NCBI GenBank assembly: GCA_964495095.1
Contig: CAZBUH010000001.1
Location: forward strand, 2,491-66,490
Length of the DNA: 64,000 nucleotides
Direction of reading: 5' to 3'
Origin: an uncultured Oscillospiraceae bacterium
Lineage (GTDB): Bacteria > Bacillota > Clostridia > Oscillospirales > Oscillospiraceae
This document shows, in pieces, positions 45,575 through 55,729 of this stretch. Made by a program: the position numbers and the translations under genes. The notes beneath the pieces are model-generated. The model was not told the DNA's origin. It saw only the letters and a list, made by a program, of their open reading frames with translations, and did not search any database. Numbering within the stretch: position 1 is the first letter of the stretch; the number at the start of each line of letters is the position of its first letter.

Positions 45575-47278
45575 ATGTCGGCCATGCCTGAAATAACAGA
45601 GAAAAATGAAGAAGAGATAAAAAATTTTATACACGGATTTGTCGCCGAGGATATAGCGCAGGGAGGCCAGTATGAGGGAAAGCAGGTGCATACCCGTTTC
45701 CCGCCTGAGCCCAACGGCTATCTGCACATCGGCCATTGCAAGGCCCTGTGCATAGATTTCGGCACTGCGGAGAAATTCGGAGGCATCTGCAACCTGCGTA
45801 TGGATGACACAAATCCCGCCAAGGAGGACGAGGAATATGTCGAGGCCATCAAGGAGGATATCCATTGGCTGGGCTTTGACTGGGACGACAGATTTTTCTA
45901 CGCCTCCGACTACTTTGACAAGATGTACGAATATGCCGTGGAGCTTATAAAAAAGGGGTTGGCTTACGTCTGCGAGCTTACCCCGGAGGAGTTTAAGGAG
46001 TACCGCGGAGATATAAACACTCCGGCCCGCTCTCCCTGGCGGGACAGACCGGTGGAGGAATCCCTCGACCTTTTTACAAGAATGAAAAACGGCGAATTTC
46101 CCAGCGGTAAATACACCCTTCGTGCTAAAATCGATTTGGCCTCCGGCAACTTCAATATGCGCGACCCTGTCATCTATCGGATAAATCACGCGCCCCACCA
46201 CCGTCAGGGCGATAAATGGTGCATCTATCCCATGTATGATTTTGCCCATCCCATAGAGGACGCGCTGGAGGGTATAACCCACTCCCTGTGCTCGCTGGAA
46301 TTTGAGGATCACCGCCCTCTATATAACTGGGTGGTGGAGCACATATCTGTCCCGTATCACAGGCCAAGGCAGATAGAATTTGCGCGTCTTGGAATAAATT
46401 ATACCGTTATGTCCAAACGCAAGCTCCGCCGGCTTGTTGAGGAAGGATACGTATCCGGCTGGGACGACCCGCGTATGCCCACCCTCTGCGGCCTGCGCCG
46501 CCGCGGGTACACGCCCGAGTCTATCCGCAATTTCTGCGAGCGGATTGGCGTGGCCAAGGCCGCCTCAACTGTGGAATACAGCTTTTTGGAGCACTGCCTG
46601 CGGGAGAACCTTAACGACACCGCCGGACGCGTTATGGCCGTGCTCCGCCCGGTAAAGCTCACCATAACGAACTATCCGGAGGGCAAAACCGAGGAATTTG
46701 AAATTGAAAACAACCCCAACCATCCGGAGGACGGCGTCAGGAAGATTTCCTTCTCCAGGAATCTCTATGTAGAGCAGGATGATTTCACGGAGACGCCCGT
46801 GCCAAAATATAAGCGTCTTACGCCAAATGGCCCTGAATGCCGGCTCAAGGGAGCATATCTTGTCACCTGCACCGGCTGCGTAAAGGATGAAAACGGAAAT
46901 GTGACTGAGATATTCTGCGAATACGACCCTAATTCCAGAGGCGGAAACCCGTCGGACGGTCGCAAGGTGAAAGGTGCAACGCTCCATTGGGTGGACGCGG
47001 ACACAGCAGTTGACGCCGAGGTGCGGCTTTACGGCAATCTGTTCTCAGACCCGGACCCGGACGCCGGGGACAAGGATTATATCGGATGCCTCAATCCCAA
47101 TTCATTGGAGGTGCTCACCGGCTGCAAGCTGGAATCGTCGCTAGCGGGCGCCGGACCCGCGGCGTCATATCAGTTTATGCGCCTTGGATATTTCTGCGCC
47201 GACAGCAAAGATTCCTCGCCGGAGCATCTTGTGTTTAACCGTTCTGTCAGCCTTAAGGACAGCTTCAAAGTAAAATAA
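45575..47278 (+). CDS. glnS: glutamine--tRNA ligase
   Basis: HIGH region (PEPNGYLHIGH), an MSK region (TVMSKRKL) and C-terminal beta-barrel anticodon-binding domains. ATG 45584 is an equally plausible start. Confidence 0.94.
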   Translation: MSAMPEITEKNEEEIKNFIHGFVAEDIAQGGQYEGKQVHTRFPPEPNGYLHIGHCKALCIDFGTAEKFGGICNLRMDDTNPAKEDEEYVEAIKEDIHWLGFDWDDRFFYASDYFDKMYEYAVELIKKGLAYVCELTPEEFKEYRGDINTPARSPWRDRPVEESLDLFTRMKNGEFPSGKYTLRAKIDLASGNFNMRDPVIYRINHAPHHRQGDKWCIYPMYDFAHPIEDALEGITHSLCSLEFEDHRPLYNWVVEHISVPYHRPRQIEFARLGINYTVMSKRKLRRLVEEGYVSGWDDPRMPTLCGLRRRGYTPESIRNFCERIGVAKAASTVEYSFLEHCLRENLNDTAGRVMAVLRPVKLTITNYPEGKTEEFEIENNPNHPEDGVRKISFSRNLYVEQDDFTETPVPKYKRLTPNGPECRLKGAYLVTCTGCVKDENGNVTEIFCEYDPNSRGGNPSDGRKVKGATLHWVDADTAVDAEVRLYGNLFSDPDPDAGDKDYIGCLNPNSLEVLTGCKLESSLAGAGPAASYQFMRLGYFCADSKDSSPEHLVFNRSVSLKDSFKVK

Positions 47279-47290
47279 AATAGTGTATAA

Positions 47291-47332
47291 AGAAGCCGCA
47301 TTGGACGCCCAATGCGGCTTCTTTATATTTTT
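47291..47332. terminator. bidirectional terminator between glnS and the phosphoglucomutase gene
   Basis: 13-bp stem AGAAGCCGCATTG / CAATGCGGCTTCT followed by TTATATTTTTT. Confidence 0.8.
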
Positions 47333-49047
47333 TATCCCTTAAGTTCCTCGGCGCAGCGGGAGTATTTTTCAACCTTTTCCGCGCATTCGGCCTTGCTTTT
47401 GCCGCTGGTTAAAATATATATCTTAACCTTTGGCTCAGTCCCGGAAGGACGGACAATAAACGAAGTGCCGTCCTGAAGCTCAAAATACAGCACGTTAGAG
47501 CCGCTCATGGGAAGCTTTGACTTCCCTTTCTGGCTGTAATATACGCCGTCGCTGTAATCCCGAAGCCCCTTTACCGCAGTGCCGGCTATATCCTTCGGCG
47601 GATTTTTTCTGAGCCCGGCCATAAGCTCCGCCATTTTGGCAAGGCCGTCCACACCGGGCATCATAAGGTTGAGCGTCTTTTCGCTGTAATAGCCGTATTT
47701 TTCGTAAAGCTCCTGCATTGCGTCGTAAAGCGTCATGCCTCTGTCGAAATAATACGCCGCCATTTCGGCTATCATCATGCTTGCGGTAACGGCGTCCTTA
47801 TCCCGGACGTAATTTCCAAGCATATATCCGTAGGACTCCTCATAGGAGAAGATCACCTGGTGCTCCCCTGTCGTCTCGTATTCTTTTATCTTTTCGGCCA
47901 TGAATTTAAATCCGGTGAATGTCTCCTCCATATATACGCCGTTTTTCTCGCAGACAGCCCGGGCCATCTCAGTGGTCACGATGGTTTTCAGCGCAGCGGC
48001 GTTTTTGGGGAGCGTGCCCGCCGCTTTTTTCGCGGTGATGATATAGTCTAAAAGCAGTACGCCCATCTGGTTGCCTGAAATAGTGACATACTCCCCCTCC
48101 TTATTTCTCACCATTACGCCAACTCTGTCGGCGTCCGGGTCCGTGCCGATAATAAGGTCGGAGCCGTGCTTTTTGGCAAGCTCTATACCAAGAGCAAAGC
48201 CCTCGGGGTTTTCCGGGTTTGGACTTACCACCGTCGGGAAATCCCCGTCTATGACCATCTGCTCCTCCACAGGGATAATATGCTTTATTCCGAGCCTTTT
48301 CAGGGCCTCCGGCACCAGCTTATAGCCCGTGCCGTGAAACGGCGTGTAAACGATTTTAAAATCACCGGCGACTTTCTTTACCACATCGCGGTTTATTGCC
48401 TGGGACAGCACCTTTTTCAGAAATTTTTCGTCTGTCTCTCTGCCCAACTCGGTTATAATCCCCGCACGCACGGCATCATCATAGTCCATGCGCGTTATGC
48501 CGGTGAAAATATCCGTTTCAGCTATGGCCGCCGCCACCGCGGAGGCGTGCTTCGGCGGAAGCTGCGCACCGTCCTCCCAGTACACCTTGTAGCCGTTATA
48601 TTCTTTGGGATTATGGCTGGCGGTGATATTTATACCCGCTATTGCGCCGTACTCCCTTATTGCAAAGCTCAGCTCAGGCGTAGGGCGCAGATTTTCAAAA
48701 AGCCTCACCTTTATGCCGTTTCCCGCCATAACGCAGGCCGCCTCAACAGCAAATTCCCGGCTGTAATTCCGGCAGTCGTGGCATATCACCACGCCCCTCT
48801 CAGCGCCGTTATCGCCCTCGTCCAATATCACCCGGGCAAATCCCTGGGTGGCCTGGCGGACCACATATACGTTCATCCTGTTTATGCCCATTCCCAAAAC
48901 GCCCCGGAGTCCGGCCGTACCGAACTCAAGGGCCGAGTAAAACCGGCTCTCAATATCCTTTTCGTCTATGCCGCTAAGTTCGCTTCTTTCCTTATCACTC
49001 AGCGCCTGGCTTTCCATCCATTTCTTATACTCGTCCATATAAGCCAT
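47332..49047 (-). CDS. phosphoglucomutase/phosphomannomutase family protein (alpha-D-phosphohexomutase)
   Basis: 571 aa with a phosphoserine loop TASHNPKEYNGYKV and a metal loop GTDPDADR. Confidence 0.9.
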   Translation of the reverse strand: MAYMDEYKKWMESQALSDKERSELSGIDEKDIESRFYSALEFGTAGLRGVLGMGINRMNVYVVRQATQGFARVILDEGDNGAERGVVICHDCRNYSREFAVEAACVMAGNGIKVRLFENLRPTPELSFAIREYGAIAGINITASHNPKEYNGYKVYWEDGAQLPPKHASAVAAAIAETDIFTGITRMDYDDAVRAGIITELGRETDEKFLKKVLSQAINRDVVKKVAGDFKIVYTPFHGTGYKLVPEALKRLGIKHIIPVEEQMVIDGDFPTVVSPNPENPEGFALGIELAKKHGSDLIIGTDPDADRVGVMVRNKEGEYVTISGNQMGVLLLDYIITAKKAAGTLPKNAAALKTIVTTEMARAVCEKNGVYMEETFTGFKFMAEKIKEYETTGEHQVIFSYEESYGYMLGNYVRDKDAVTASMMIAEMAAYYFDRGMTLYDAMQELYEKYGYYSEKTLNLMMPGVDGLAKMAELMAGLRKNPPKDIAGTAVKGLRDYSDGVYYSQKGKSKLPMSGSNVLYFELQDGTSFIVRPSGTEPKVKIYILTSGKSKAECAEKVEKYSRCAEELKG

Positions 49048-49370
49048 TATTCTTCCTCCAGTTCGTCTGAAATTTCAAATTCACTGTTAATAAGCTGACA
49101 GGCTTCCTCGGCCATAGAAGCCGGCACAAGCAAATCCACTCCCGTACCGGACATACCCAGTATGAGCTTTCCAAACTGCCCGTCCAGCGGATAGTGCTCC
49201 AACACCGGTATGCCAAACGCCGAAAGCATATTTTTGTGCATAGCTATCTCAAACTGCGAGCCTGTGATATGTTCAAGGAATTTCGGCTCCTCCGGCTCGC
49301 CGTTTTCGTCCTTTGGCCACTTATCTGTAAGTTCGCCTGTCTTTTCCCAGCCCCACGACAAATCTGCCAT
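49047..49370 (-). CDS. small hypothetical protein (DUF2007-like pattern)
   Basis: 107 aa, acidic. The segment MLSAFGIPVLEHY..VDLLVPASMAEEACQLI resembles the putative signal-transducing small-domain family. Its stop overlaps the pgm start. Confidence 0.5.
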   Translation of the reverse strand: MADLSWGWEKTGELTDKWPKDENGEPEEPKFLEHITGSQFEIAMHKNMLSAFGIPVLEHYPLDGQFGKLILGMSGTGVDLLVPASMAEEACQLINSEFEISDELEEE

Positions 49371-49385
49371 ACTAGTCCCTCCAAA

Positions 49386-49868
49386 TTATTTGTGATATTC
49401 CGACCCTTCTGAAATTTTAAATCCTCTGTAAAGCTGCTCCAGCAGCATCACCCGAAAAAGGTGGTGGGGAAAGGTCATTCTAGACACAGATACCCTGTAC
49501 GATGCGGCCTTTTTTACGCTCTCGTGCAGGCCGTAGGAGCCTCCCACCACGAAGCACAGCCTTGACGCGCCGTTTACTGCGGCCTTCTCCAGAAGCCTTG
49601 AAAACTCACGGCTTGAATACTCCGCCCCTTCTACGCACATGGCGGCCGCGACGGCGCCTCTGGGTATATTTTTCAAAATTTCCGACGCCTCCTTTAAAAG
49701 TGCGGCGTCTATGTCCCCCTGGGACGGCGACTGGGGCAGCCTTGATTCTGCTAATTCCAGTATTTCAAGCTTGCAGAAGGCTTTCAGCCTTTTTTCATAT
49801 TCGCTTACGGCGGCCTCATAAAATTTTTCTTTCAGCTTTCCCACACAAATGATTTTAATACTAAGCAT
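49386..49868 (-). CDS. rlmH: 23S rRNA (pseudouridine1915-N3)-methyltransferase
   Basis: 160-aa SPOUT fold with a typical RlmH N-terminus (IKIICVGKLKEKF) and a C-terminal MTFPHHL..LEQLYR. Confidence 0.9.
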   Translation of the reverse strand: MLSIKIICVGKLKEKFYEAAVSEYEKRLKAFCKLEILELAESRLPQSPSQGDIDAALLKEASEILKNIPRGAVAAAMCVEGAEYSSREFSRLLEKAAVNGASRLCFVVGGSYGLHESVKKAASYRVSVSRMTFPHHLFRVMLLEQLYRGFKISEGSEYHK

Positions 49869-49885
49869 ATCAAATTATGTATCCC

Positions 49886-49915
49886 GTCCAAAAAAGGCGT
49901 CACATGCGACGCCTG
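49886..49915 (-). terminator. terminator after murA
   Basis: Stem GGCGTC / GACGCC, followed on the minus strand by TTTTTT. Confidence 0.55.
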
Positions 49916-49920
49916 TTTTG

Positions 49921-51222
49921 TTATCCTATTTCCTTTACAGTGTCCTGATTTTCGTCCGGCAGGTATTCGTTGGAGATATCCGCGCCAACGGCCCGGAGCT
50001 TCTCGATTATATTTTCATATCCGCGCTCAATATAGTGTACGCCCTCAATATGGGTAACGCCGCTTGCGCACAGACCCGCTATCACAAGTGCCGCGCCCGC
50101 TCTCAAATCACAGGCTTTTATCGGAGCGCCGGTGAGTCTGCTCACGCCTTCGATTATGGCTATTTTGCCGTCCACCTGGATATTGGCGCCCATTTTGTTG
50201 AGCTCATCCGTATATTTATAACGGCTGTCCCACACGCCCTCGGTTATAATGCTTGTCCCTTTTGCAAGGCAGAGGACTGTAGATATCTGTGGCTGCATAT
50301 CCGTCGGAAATCCCGGATACGGCAGCGTTTTCACATTCACCTTTTTAAGCTCGCCGGTACGCTCGACAAGAACCGCGTCCTCCATATCCGTTACTGTCAC
50401 ACCCATCTCACGGAGCTTTGCGCTTATGCAGTCAAGATGCTTGGGAATGACGTTTTTTATAAGCACTCTGCCGCCGGTGCCGGCCACCGCTGCCATATAA
50501 GTGCCGGCCTCTATCTGGTCGGGAATTATGGAATAGGAGCCTCCCCGCAGCTCTTTTACACCCTGTATTTTAATTATATTTGTACCGGCGCCCCTTATTT
50601 TCGCACCCATGGCGTTTAAGAAGTTTGCCAAATCGACGATATGCGGCTCTTTTGCCGCGTTTTCAATAACAGTGCGCCCATCTGCCAGAACAGCGGCAAG
50701 CATTATATTTATCGTAGCTCCCACTGATACTACGTCAAGATATATATTCGCGCCGTGTATGCCGTTTTCCCTGGCGTCTGCATAGATAACTCCGCTTTTA
50801 AGCTCTATATTTGCGCCCATAGCGGTAAAGCCCTTTATGTGCTGGTCGATGGGCCGCACCCCGCCGAAATTACATCCGCCGGGCAGAGCCACTGTGGCCT
50901 TTTTAAAACGCCCCAGCATGGAACCGATAAGATAATAGGATGCCCGTATCTTCCGCATAAGGTCGGAGGTAGCCTCCGCGTGTCTTATGGGGGTGCAGTC
51001 GATATCCATTGTGCTGCGATCTACAGTCCTGATTTTTGCGCCCATTTCGGCCAGGATGTCGAGCAGCATGGTCACATCGCTTATCTGCGGTATGTTTTCT
51101 ATGCGGCAGACACCGTTTACCATAAGAGCGGCGGGAATAATAGCTACCGCAGCGTTTTTCGCGCCGCTCACCTTTATTTCGCCGTTTAACGGTTTACCAC
51201 CCTTGATAACATATCTTTTCAA
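49921..51222 (-). CDS. murA: UDP-N-acetylglucosamine 1-carboxyvinyltransferase
   Basis: Contains VSGAKNAAV and the catalytic Cys loop LPGGCNFGGVRPID. TTG 51222 (LKRYVIKGG..) after GGAAGG is preferred over the 21-codon extension. Confidence 0.93.
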   Translation of the reverse strand: MKRYVIKGGKPLNGEIKVSGAKNAAVAIIPAALMVNGVCRIENIPQISDVTMLLDILAEMGAKIRTVDRSTMDIDCTPIRHAEATSDLMRKIRASYYLIGSMLGRFKKATVALPGGCNFGGVRPIDQHIKGFTAMGANIELKSGVIYADARENGIHGANIYLDVVSVGATINIMLAAVLADGRTVIENAAKEPHIVDLANFLNAMGAKIRGAGTNIIKIQGVKELRGGSYSIIPDQIEAGTYMAAVAGTGGRVLIKNVIPKHLDCISAKLREMGVTVTDMEDAVLVERTGELKKVNVKTLPYPGFPTDMQPQISTVLCLAKGTSIITEGVWDSRYKYTDELNKMGANIQVDGKIAIIEGVSRLTGAPIKACDLRAGAALVIAGLCASGVTHIEGVHYIERGYENIIEKLRAVGADISNEYLPDENQDTVKEIG

Positions 51223-51327
51223 AGGTACACCTTCCCGTTTGTTTTTTGGGGGTTTGCGCAGTTTTTTCCAAAAGCGAAAATACACGATTATTAGAAGTAT
51301 AGCACTTTTTCATAAATAATGCAACTT

Positions 51328-52158
51328 TTAAGAAGCCATATCCGCAATGGTTTCCAGGACCTTACAGCTACAGGCGTCTATGTAGTATTCACCGCTGTCC
51401 GCCGAGATTTTCCACACAGGCGTAAGCTCCCCCATTCCGGCCACCGGAACAGACATATAGTAGCCTGGCTCCGCACTGTATATCTCAGTGCATGATATGT
51501 TGTTATCTGTTACATGCCGCAAAAACACCATAAGCACATCGTACCTGCCAAATGCTGCGCTGCCGTCCCCGTCCACCGAAGGAGCTGACGTAAGGCGCTG
51601 CCCGCTCACGGAGCGGAGCCGGCCTTCTGAAAACTCAAACGCTGCGGTACAGTTTAGAACATCCAGCCCGCCGCAGACATACTGCACTGTTATTATATCT
51701 CCATCCTGCCCTGTTATCCTTGCGTCCGCATCCAGGCTGTCAATTAATTTTTTTACAGTTTTGGCGCAATCTGCCCCATATTTTACCATTTCATCTGATA
51801 GGATGTCAATAGTAAATTCTCCGCTTCCCCGGAAAACGGCAATGCCGTTCCTGCTCTCATATCCGAAAATATTTCCGCCGTGGTTTGAAAACTCCACGTC
51901 CCCTATAAGCGCCGCAGAAAATTTCTGCTCGCTGTCGCTGTCGCGGCCCATTCTGTAGGGCACCATAGACACATCGTCGGACACATTTTCCATATTAAGC
52001 GCTATGCCGTTTTTTCTAAAAACCTCAGTGATGTTGGCCTCAAGGCTGTTTTCCTCGCGGCTGCTCACCAGACGCTCTTTTATTATAAGGCCGATAAATA
52101 TAATATTGACAAGCAGCAGCACGATTATAACAACTGTTTTTATGCCGGATACCTTCAT
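51328..52158 (-). CDS. YycI-like two-component regulatory membrane protein (putative)
   Basis: ~276 aa with an N-terminal TM (IKTVVIIVLLLVNIIFIGLII) and an external domain. Its size and position (4th gene after a WalRK-like pair) match Bacillus yycI. Confidence 0.5.
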   Translation of the reverse strand: MKVSGIKTVVIIVLLLVNIIFIGLIIKERLVSSREENSLEANITEVFRKNGIALNMENVSDDVSMVPYRMGRDSDSEQKFSAALIGDVEFSNHGGNIFGYESRNGIAVFRGSGEFTIDILSDEMVKYGADCAKTVKKLIDSLDADARITGQDGDIITVQYVCGGLDVLNCTAAFEFSEGRLRSVSGQRLTSAPSVDGDGSAAFGRYDVLMVFLRHVTDNNISCTEIYSAEPGYYMSVPVAGMGELTPVWKISADSGEYYIDACSCKVLETIADMAS

Positions 52159-52290
52159 TGCAGCAATCCCCCACGCCGCCGGTATACGCGGCACAAATAG
52201 AAATAAATTTTACATCCCCGCAGGATTGAGAATCATCCACCGTAACGGCCAAAAACCTGTTAAGACGCCCGGATTTTTATGTCGGACATT

Positions 52291-53568
52291 TCACCTGACT
52301 ATCCACTCCGGCATCTGCTCCCCATCTGCCGTATCGGAATAAACTATCGCAAGCTCCCCGTCTCCGGCAGCGGCGGCGGCCAGTATTTCCGGCAAAAGCT
52401 CCACAGTCCGACCGCTTAAAGTCCAGGAGCCGAAATATAAATAAAGTTCTGATATCTCGCCGCCGTCAATGACGGCGCGGGCCGCCCCGAACTCGCTGCC
52501 CGTGATTTCTGAGGAATTAATATAATATTTGAAATTCACAGTATATCCGTTTTCCGACTGGGTAACGCCGGACATGCACACAATGGCATCGCCGCTGTAT
52601 TTTGCGACAGTGTCATTTACAACGCCGCAGGCCATGTCTATCGCGGCGGTAATGCCTGTTTCGCCGCTTCCGGCCTTGGACCGGCGCAGGATTACAGTGC
52701 CGTTATTTATATTAAGACGCAGTGTGTGGTCTGATTCGACAAAAACTATCGTCCCGTCGTTCTCGGTGTATCTGGAATTTACATAAGAGCTGACATCGAA
52801 ATACTGGAGCACAGCGTCCACATTGCCGCCGTTCTCCTTAAGAGGCGAACTTTTAATTACAGTCTCATAGCCTACGGTCTCCGGCAGCAAAAACTGGTAA
52901 AGGTCGCCGTTCCCCAGTATATCCTCAAGCTCAAATCCGAAAACGGCGCTGTTTGGCGTATACTCGCGTATTCTCGCCTGGAGGCTACGGTATATTATAG
53001 CGGTATCAGCTCTGTACACCGCCCCTGTGTGTGCGTCCTTTATATACAGCATAACATTGCCGCCCTGGGCCGCGACGCAGAGCCTTCTGGCCGTATATAC
53101 GGAGATGTCCTCGCTGACCTCCGTCCCCAGCCATGATGAGATCACCGATACATACGCAGGATTTACATAGTCAAAGAAAATACTCTCCCCGGAAAGGGCG
53201 GCTTGAAGCTCCGTTTCGCTCACAAGCTCCGGATGCCTTGCCGAGCCGAGAGCCTCGCCGAAAAGGTTGCCTATTTTATCATACATGGCCCGCAGCTCGC
53301 TGCTGTTGTATTTTATACCGCAATGTCCCCCATTCTCGTCGGTTATTACGGCATAAAGGGGCAGTACCGCCGTGTGGGTTTCCGGCTCCTCTGTGACCTC
53401 AGACGCCAGTTCCCGATGGGAAAACCACTCTATAATATCGGTCACCACCGGCATGGGTACGCCTCCCAGCACTCCGTCCCGGGTGCCGAGAAAAATCGCG
53501 CTGGCAGTGAGGCAGACTATAATAATTGTCTTTGCGGCTTCCAGCCGGCGGCGTTTTTCCATAGTCAT
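52291..53568 (-). CDS. YycH-like two-component regulatory membrane protein (putative)
   Basis: 425 aa with an N-terminal TM (AKTIIIVCLTASAIFLG) and a large external domain. It overlaps the kinase stop by 4 nt. Size and position match Bacillus yycH. Confidence 0.5.
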   Translation of the reverse strand: MTMEKRRRLEAAKTIIIVCLTASAIFLGTRDGVLGGVPMPVVTDIIEWFSHRELASEVTEEPETHTAVLPLYAVITDENGGHCGIKYNSSELRAMYDKIGNLFGEALGSARHPELVSETELQAALSGESIFFDYVNPAYVSVISSWLGTEVSEDISVYTARRLCVAAQGGNVMLYIKDAHTGAVYRADTAIIYRSLQARIREYTPNSAVFGFELEDILGNGDLYQFLLPETVGYETVIKSSPLKENGGNVDAVLQYFDVSSYVNSRYTENDGTIVFVESDHTLRLNINNGTVILRRSKAGSGETGITAAIDMACGVVNDTVAKYSGDAIVCMSGVTQSENGYTVNFKYYINSSEITGSEFGAARAVIDGGEISELYLYFGSWTLSGRTVELLPEILAAAAAGDGELAIVYSDTADGEQMPEWIVR

Positions 53569-55016
53569 TGCGTCCTCTTATCCGCCTCGCCGGCGGGCAG
53601 TACTATCGTGACAGCGGTGCCTTCGTTCAGTTTGCTCTCCACCTCAATACGCCCGTTGTGCCTTGAAATTATCTCCTGGGCTATGGAGAGGCCGAGACCT
53701 GTGCCTCCGGTCTCTCTGGAGCGGGCCTTGTCCACACGGTAAAACCTGTCAAATATCCTGGGGATGTCCTCTTCCGGGATGCCTATGCCGTTATCACGCA
53801 CGGTTATAAAAACCTCGTCATCCTCCGCCCTGCCGCTTACGGATATTTTCCCGCCCTCGGGGGTGTATTTTATGGAATTTGAGATTATGTTCATTATAAC
53901 CTGTTCGATCCGGGAACTGTCGCCGTATATTTCAGGAAGCTCGTTTTCTATCTCAAGGCTCATCTCGTGCCCCGACTTCTGGGCGTCAAGGAGCACCGCG
54001 TCATAAACGTCCTGTATGGACTGGGTAATATTGAATTTTTTGAAGGATATTTTGATTTTTCCCGCGTCAAATTTTGAAAGCTCCAGAAGATCCTGAACTA
54101 TCTTTGTCATCCGGTCGCTTTCATTCAGTATGACATGGAGGAAATTTTCCTCCATATCCCGCGGTATATCCTCAGACGCCGTAAGCGTCTCCGCATAGGT
54201 GCGTATACTGGTAATGGGGGTCCGCAGCTCATGGGACACGTTTGCCACAAATTCACGCCGCAGCTCCTCCGAGCGGCGCAGCTCCTCAATATTGTTTTCA
54301 AGCTGGTCGGCCATGTTGTTGAATGTGTCCGCCAGAACGCCTATCTCGTCTTTTTCCTCCACAGTTATCTTCTTGGAAAAATCTCCTCCGGCCACACGCT
54401 CGGCAGCCCTTGTAAGAGCCTGGATCGGTACGACCATTGTTTTCGACAGCATAAAGCATAAAAATACGGCAATAAGAAGCCCTATAAGCAGCGCCTCAAG
54501 GATTATAGTTATAAGCTCTCCGCTCAGCTTGCTTACTGACTGCTTGTTATCGCGGATATATATAATATATCCGTGTCCGCCCTTGCCGGCAACTGGGACT
54601 GCGATATCCATATAATCCGAATAGAGATTTCCCTCGCTCCCGCTGGAGCCGTTTAACGCGGTGAAAATATTGGGGGTCATATCTACCTGCTCCGCATCCT
54701 GATCGGAGCTTAAAATAAGTCTGCCCGTATCCCCGTCCAGGATATAGTAATTCCTGTCCCCGGCGTCTATGCCGAGAAAACCTGAATAGGCCACAAGTAT
54801 TTCCCGCAGCTTCTGAGCCCCGTCCTCCGATGCGGCTCTCGCCGCCACCTCTGAGGAAAATTCCTCGCCGGAAAAAACGCCCTGCATCTGCTCATAAAAT
54901 TCATCCAGATAAAAGCGCTGCACCCCCTGGACAAGGAAAGCGCCAACCACCACCATAAGAAGGACTATTATGAGCAGCATTACGACCACAAGCTTAATAT
55001 GGAGGCTTTTTCCCAT
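53565..55016 (-). CDS. sensor histidine kinase, WalK-like but without a cytoplasmic PAS domain
   Basis: Two TM, a ~150-aa external loop, HAMP (GDFSKKITVEEKDEIGVLADTFNNM), H-box SHELRTPITSI and an HATPase domain (DNGIGIP, GGTGLGLSIA). The start is ATG 55016. Confidence 0.85.
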   Translation of the reverse strand: MGKSLHIKLVVVMLLIIVLLMVVVGAFLVQGVQRFYLDEFYEQMQGVFSGEEFSSEVAARAASEDGAQKLREILVAYSGFLGIDAGDRNYYILDGDTGRLILSSDQDAEQVDMTPNIFTALNGSSGSEGNLYSDYMDIAVPVAGKGGHGYIIYIRDNKQSVSKLSGELITIILEALLIGLLIAVFLCFMLSKTMVVPIQALTRAAERVAGGDFSKKITVEEKDEIGVLADTFNNMADQLENNIEELRRSEELRREFVANVSHELRTPITSIRTYAETLTASEDIPRDMEENFLHVILNESDRMTKIVQDLLELSKFDAGKIKISFKKFNITQSIQDVYDAVLLDAQKSGHEMSLEIENELPEIYGDSSRIEQVIMNIISNSIKYTPEGGKISVSGRAEDDEVFITVRDNGIGIPEEDIPRIFDRFYRVDKARSRETGGTGLGLSIAQEIISRHNGRIEVESKLNEGTAVTIVLPAGEADKRTQ

Positions 55017-55027
55017 AACCACAACCC

Positions 55028-55729
55028 CTAATCGGCGAAATAATATCCGGCTCCGCGTTTTGTTATTATACATGTGGGAGTTGCCGGGTCATCCTCTATC
55101 TTCTCCCTGAGGCGCCTGACGGCAACATCCACCGCTCGAAGGTCGCCCAGATAATCGTACTGCCACACGTCCTGCATAAGCTGCTCCCGGGAAAAAACCT
55201 TTCCCGGCTGTGATGCCATAAATTTCAAAAGGTCAAACTCAAGCTGCGTAAGCTCCACAGGCTTATCATTTTTCTTTACCTCTATGCGCTCCGGATCAAT
55301 GGAAAGGTTTCCGGAAACTATGGCGTTCCTGCCCTTGATGTCGGTGGAAATGCCCTGTATGGAGATGGCGCGGCGGATGTTGGTCTTTACCCGGGCCATT
55401 ACCTCCCTTATGGAAAAGGGCTTTGTAATATAGTCGTCAGCGCCCAGCTCCAGACCGAATACCTTGTCCGTCTCCTCTTCTCTCGCGGTGAGCATTATTA
55501 CGGGCGTTGAAAAATTCTGTTTTCTGAATTCCCGGCAAACCTCAAAGCCGTCCATTTTAGGGAGCATGACGTCAAGCAGAATGAGGTCGGGGTTTTCGGC
55601 TCTGGCCATCTCAAGGCCGCTGGCCCCGTCATAAGCCGCCAGTGTTGTGTACCCCTCCTTGCGGAGGTTGAATTCAAGTATGTCAACTATATTTTTCTCG
55701 TCGTCAACTATCAGTATTTTACCGGCCAC
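55028..55729 (-). CDS. OmpR-family response regulator, WalR-like
   Basis: KILIVDDEKNIV, LLDVMLPKMDG, ITKPF and Trans_reg_C (LTQLEFDLLKFMASQPGKVFSREQL..RGAGYYF). GTG 55729 after AGGAGG is preferred. Confidence 0.88.
   Translation of the reverse strand: MAGKILIVDDEKNIVDILEFNLRKEGYTTLAAYDGASGLEMARAENPDLILLDVMLPKMDGFEVCREFRKQNFSTPVIMLTAREEETDKVFGLELGADDYITKPFSIREVMARVKTNIRRAISIQGISTDIKGRNAIVSGNLSIDPERIEVKKNDKPVELTQLEFDLLKFMASQPGKVFSREQLMQDVWQYDYLGDLRAVDVAVRRLREKIEDDPATPTCIITKRGAGYYFAD

Noticed and set aside
45554-46312. 252-aa minus-strand ORF
   Set aside because: It lies entirely antisense to glnS, a strong family match. This is a typical GC-rich shadow frame with no RBS.
48166-49098. 310-aa + strand ORF
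   Set aside because: It is antisense to the phosphoglucomutase gene and has an Arg/His-rich shadow composition.
49849-50619. 256-aa + strand ORF
   Set aside because: It is antisense to murA and the rlmH 5' end.
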